Assembly: GCF_006345805.1 (NCBI RefSeq)
Contig: NW_021833017.1
Span: 28,870 to 92,869, forward strand
Origin: Octopus sinensis
Taxonomy: Eukaryota
DNA: 64,000 nucleotides
Direction of reading: 5' to 3'
Part shown: piece after piece, positions 63,108 through 64,000 of the stretch
Layout: each line of letters opens with the position of its first letter
Numbering within the stretch: position 1 is the stretch's first letter
Position numbers and translations under genes: made by a program
The notes under the pieces: generated by a model
Seen by the model: only the letters and a program-made list of their open reading frames with translations
What the model was told of the DNA's origin: nothing
The model's database searches: none

Positions 63108-64000
63108 CTGAAATAAAAGAGAGATAAGATATTAACAGCAATACACAGTGATAATGTCATTTGGCCAGAAGTCACCTCTGACCGGGCAGACCTATGCTCT
63201 TTTGACATTCTTGGTGTTAATAGCAGTGCGTGTAATCATGGTGAGGGTATTGATGCTAGTAGTAGTAGTAGTAGTAGTGGTGGTTGTAACATAGGCTGGT
63301 CTTAGAATAAATAATGCTTATTTTGTATTAATTTCAAAAGTCATTTGGGGACTCACAGTTCAACCTAACCATTTCTAGCATGGATCTCACTGAAGGTTCA
63401 CTAGGGACCTCTTAATTTGAGAATGCAAAAGATCTGTTAGGGTGGGAATGACAGTTATTGCAATACTGACTCTTTATAATCATCATCATCGTCGTTTAAC
63501 ATCCGTTATCCATGCTAGCATGGGTTGGACGGTTTGACTAGGGATCTGGGAAGCCAGAAGGCTGCACCAGGCTCAAATTTCTAAATCAAAACCTCATACC
63601 TGTAATGATTGAGGAGAAAACACCTAAAAATAGCTTGTTTATTCAGATGTTTATAGTATATTTACCAGGTCAATGTGAAAATTGGCAGTTAAGGAGAATA
63701 GTTTCTTTTTTGTTATCATAAATAGTTCTTTCAGCTAAAAATGTTGTCCGTGTGTTATGGTTCACTTATTGTGTAGTAAAAACTTCAAACAAGATAATGG
63801 GAGAGGAAGATGTTTGTAATAAATGCTGTTAGTAACAGACACGGGAATGTAAACCCCCCCCCCCAAAAAAAAAATTGTCATTTCTTTTGCATTATGAAAT
63901 TTAGATCCTTTGAGTTGAACCTTTCACAAATCAGATCCCACTCACTCCCAACCTGGATGCACAAACGTTTCAATGAAACAAAGTTCTGAAACAGAAGAAT

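Overview
AT-rich, intron-dominated animal genomic DNA. The microsatellite load and SINE/Penelope repeat content resemble a coleoid cephalopod such as Octopus (inference). The main host feature is a minus-strand, multi-exon TRANK1-like gene (TPR/ankyrin protein with a UvrD-like SF1 helicase). Ten exons between 31773 and 4457 were placed by hand, with matching splice phases, and encode about 1,210 aa with all helicase motifs intact. The gene runs off the left end, and one donor is probably a non-canonical GC. A candidate upstream exon (63107-62044) encodes about 22 copies of a 10-aa repeat plus a basic NLS-like tail, broken by a 1-nt frameshift. The introns hold transposon relics: Gypsy, RTE and R4/Dong LINEs, Penelope-like elements (PLEs), mariner, maT, pogo, piggyBac, Helitrons, SINEs and MITEs. 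The most notable non-coding signal is a set of hammerhead-ribozyme motifs. The best case is a fold-back element at 6966-7711 with a canonical type I hammerhead on each strand, inside an intron of the gene. There is also a near-identical 2.7-kb tandem duplication (47731-53080) ending in a perfect 80-bp palindrome. No prokaryotic features (CRISPR, rRNA, bona fide tRNA) were seen.
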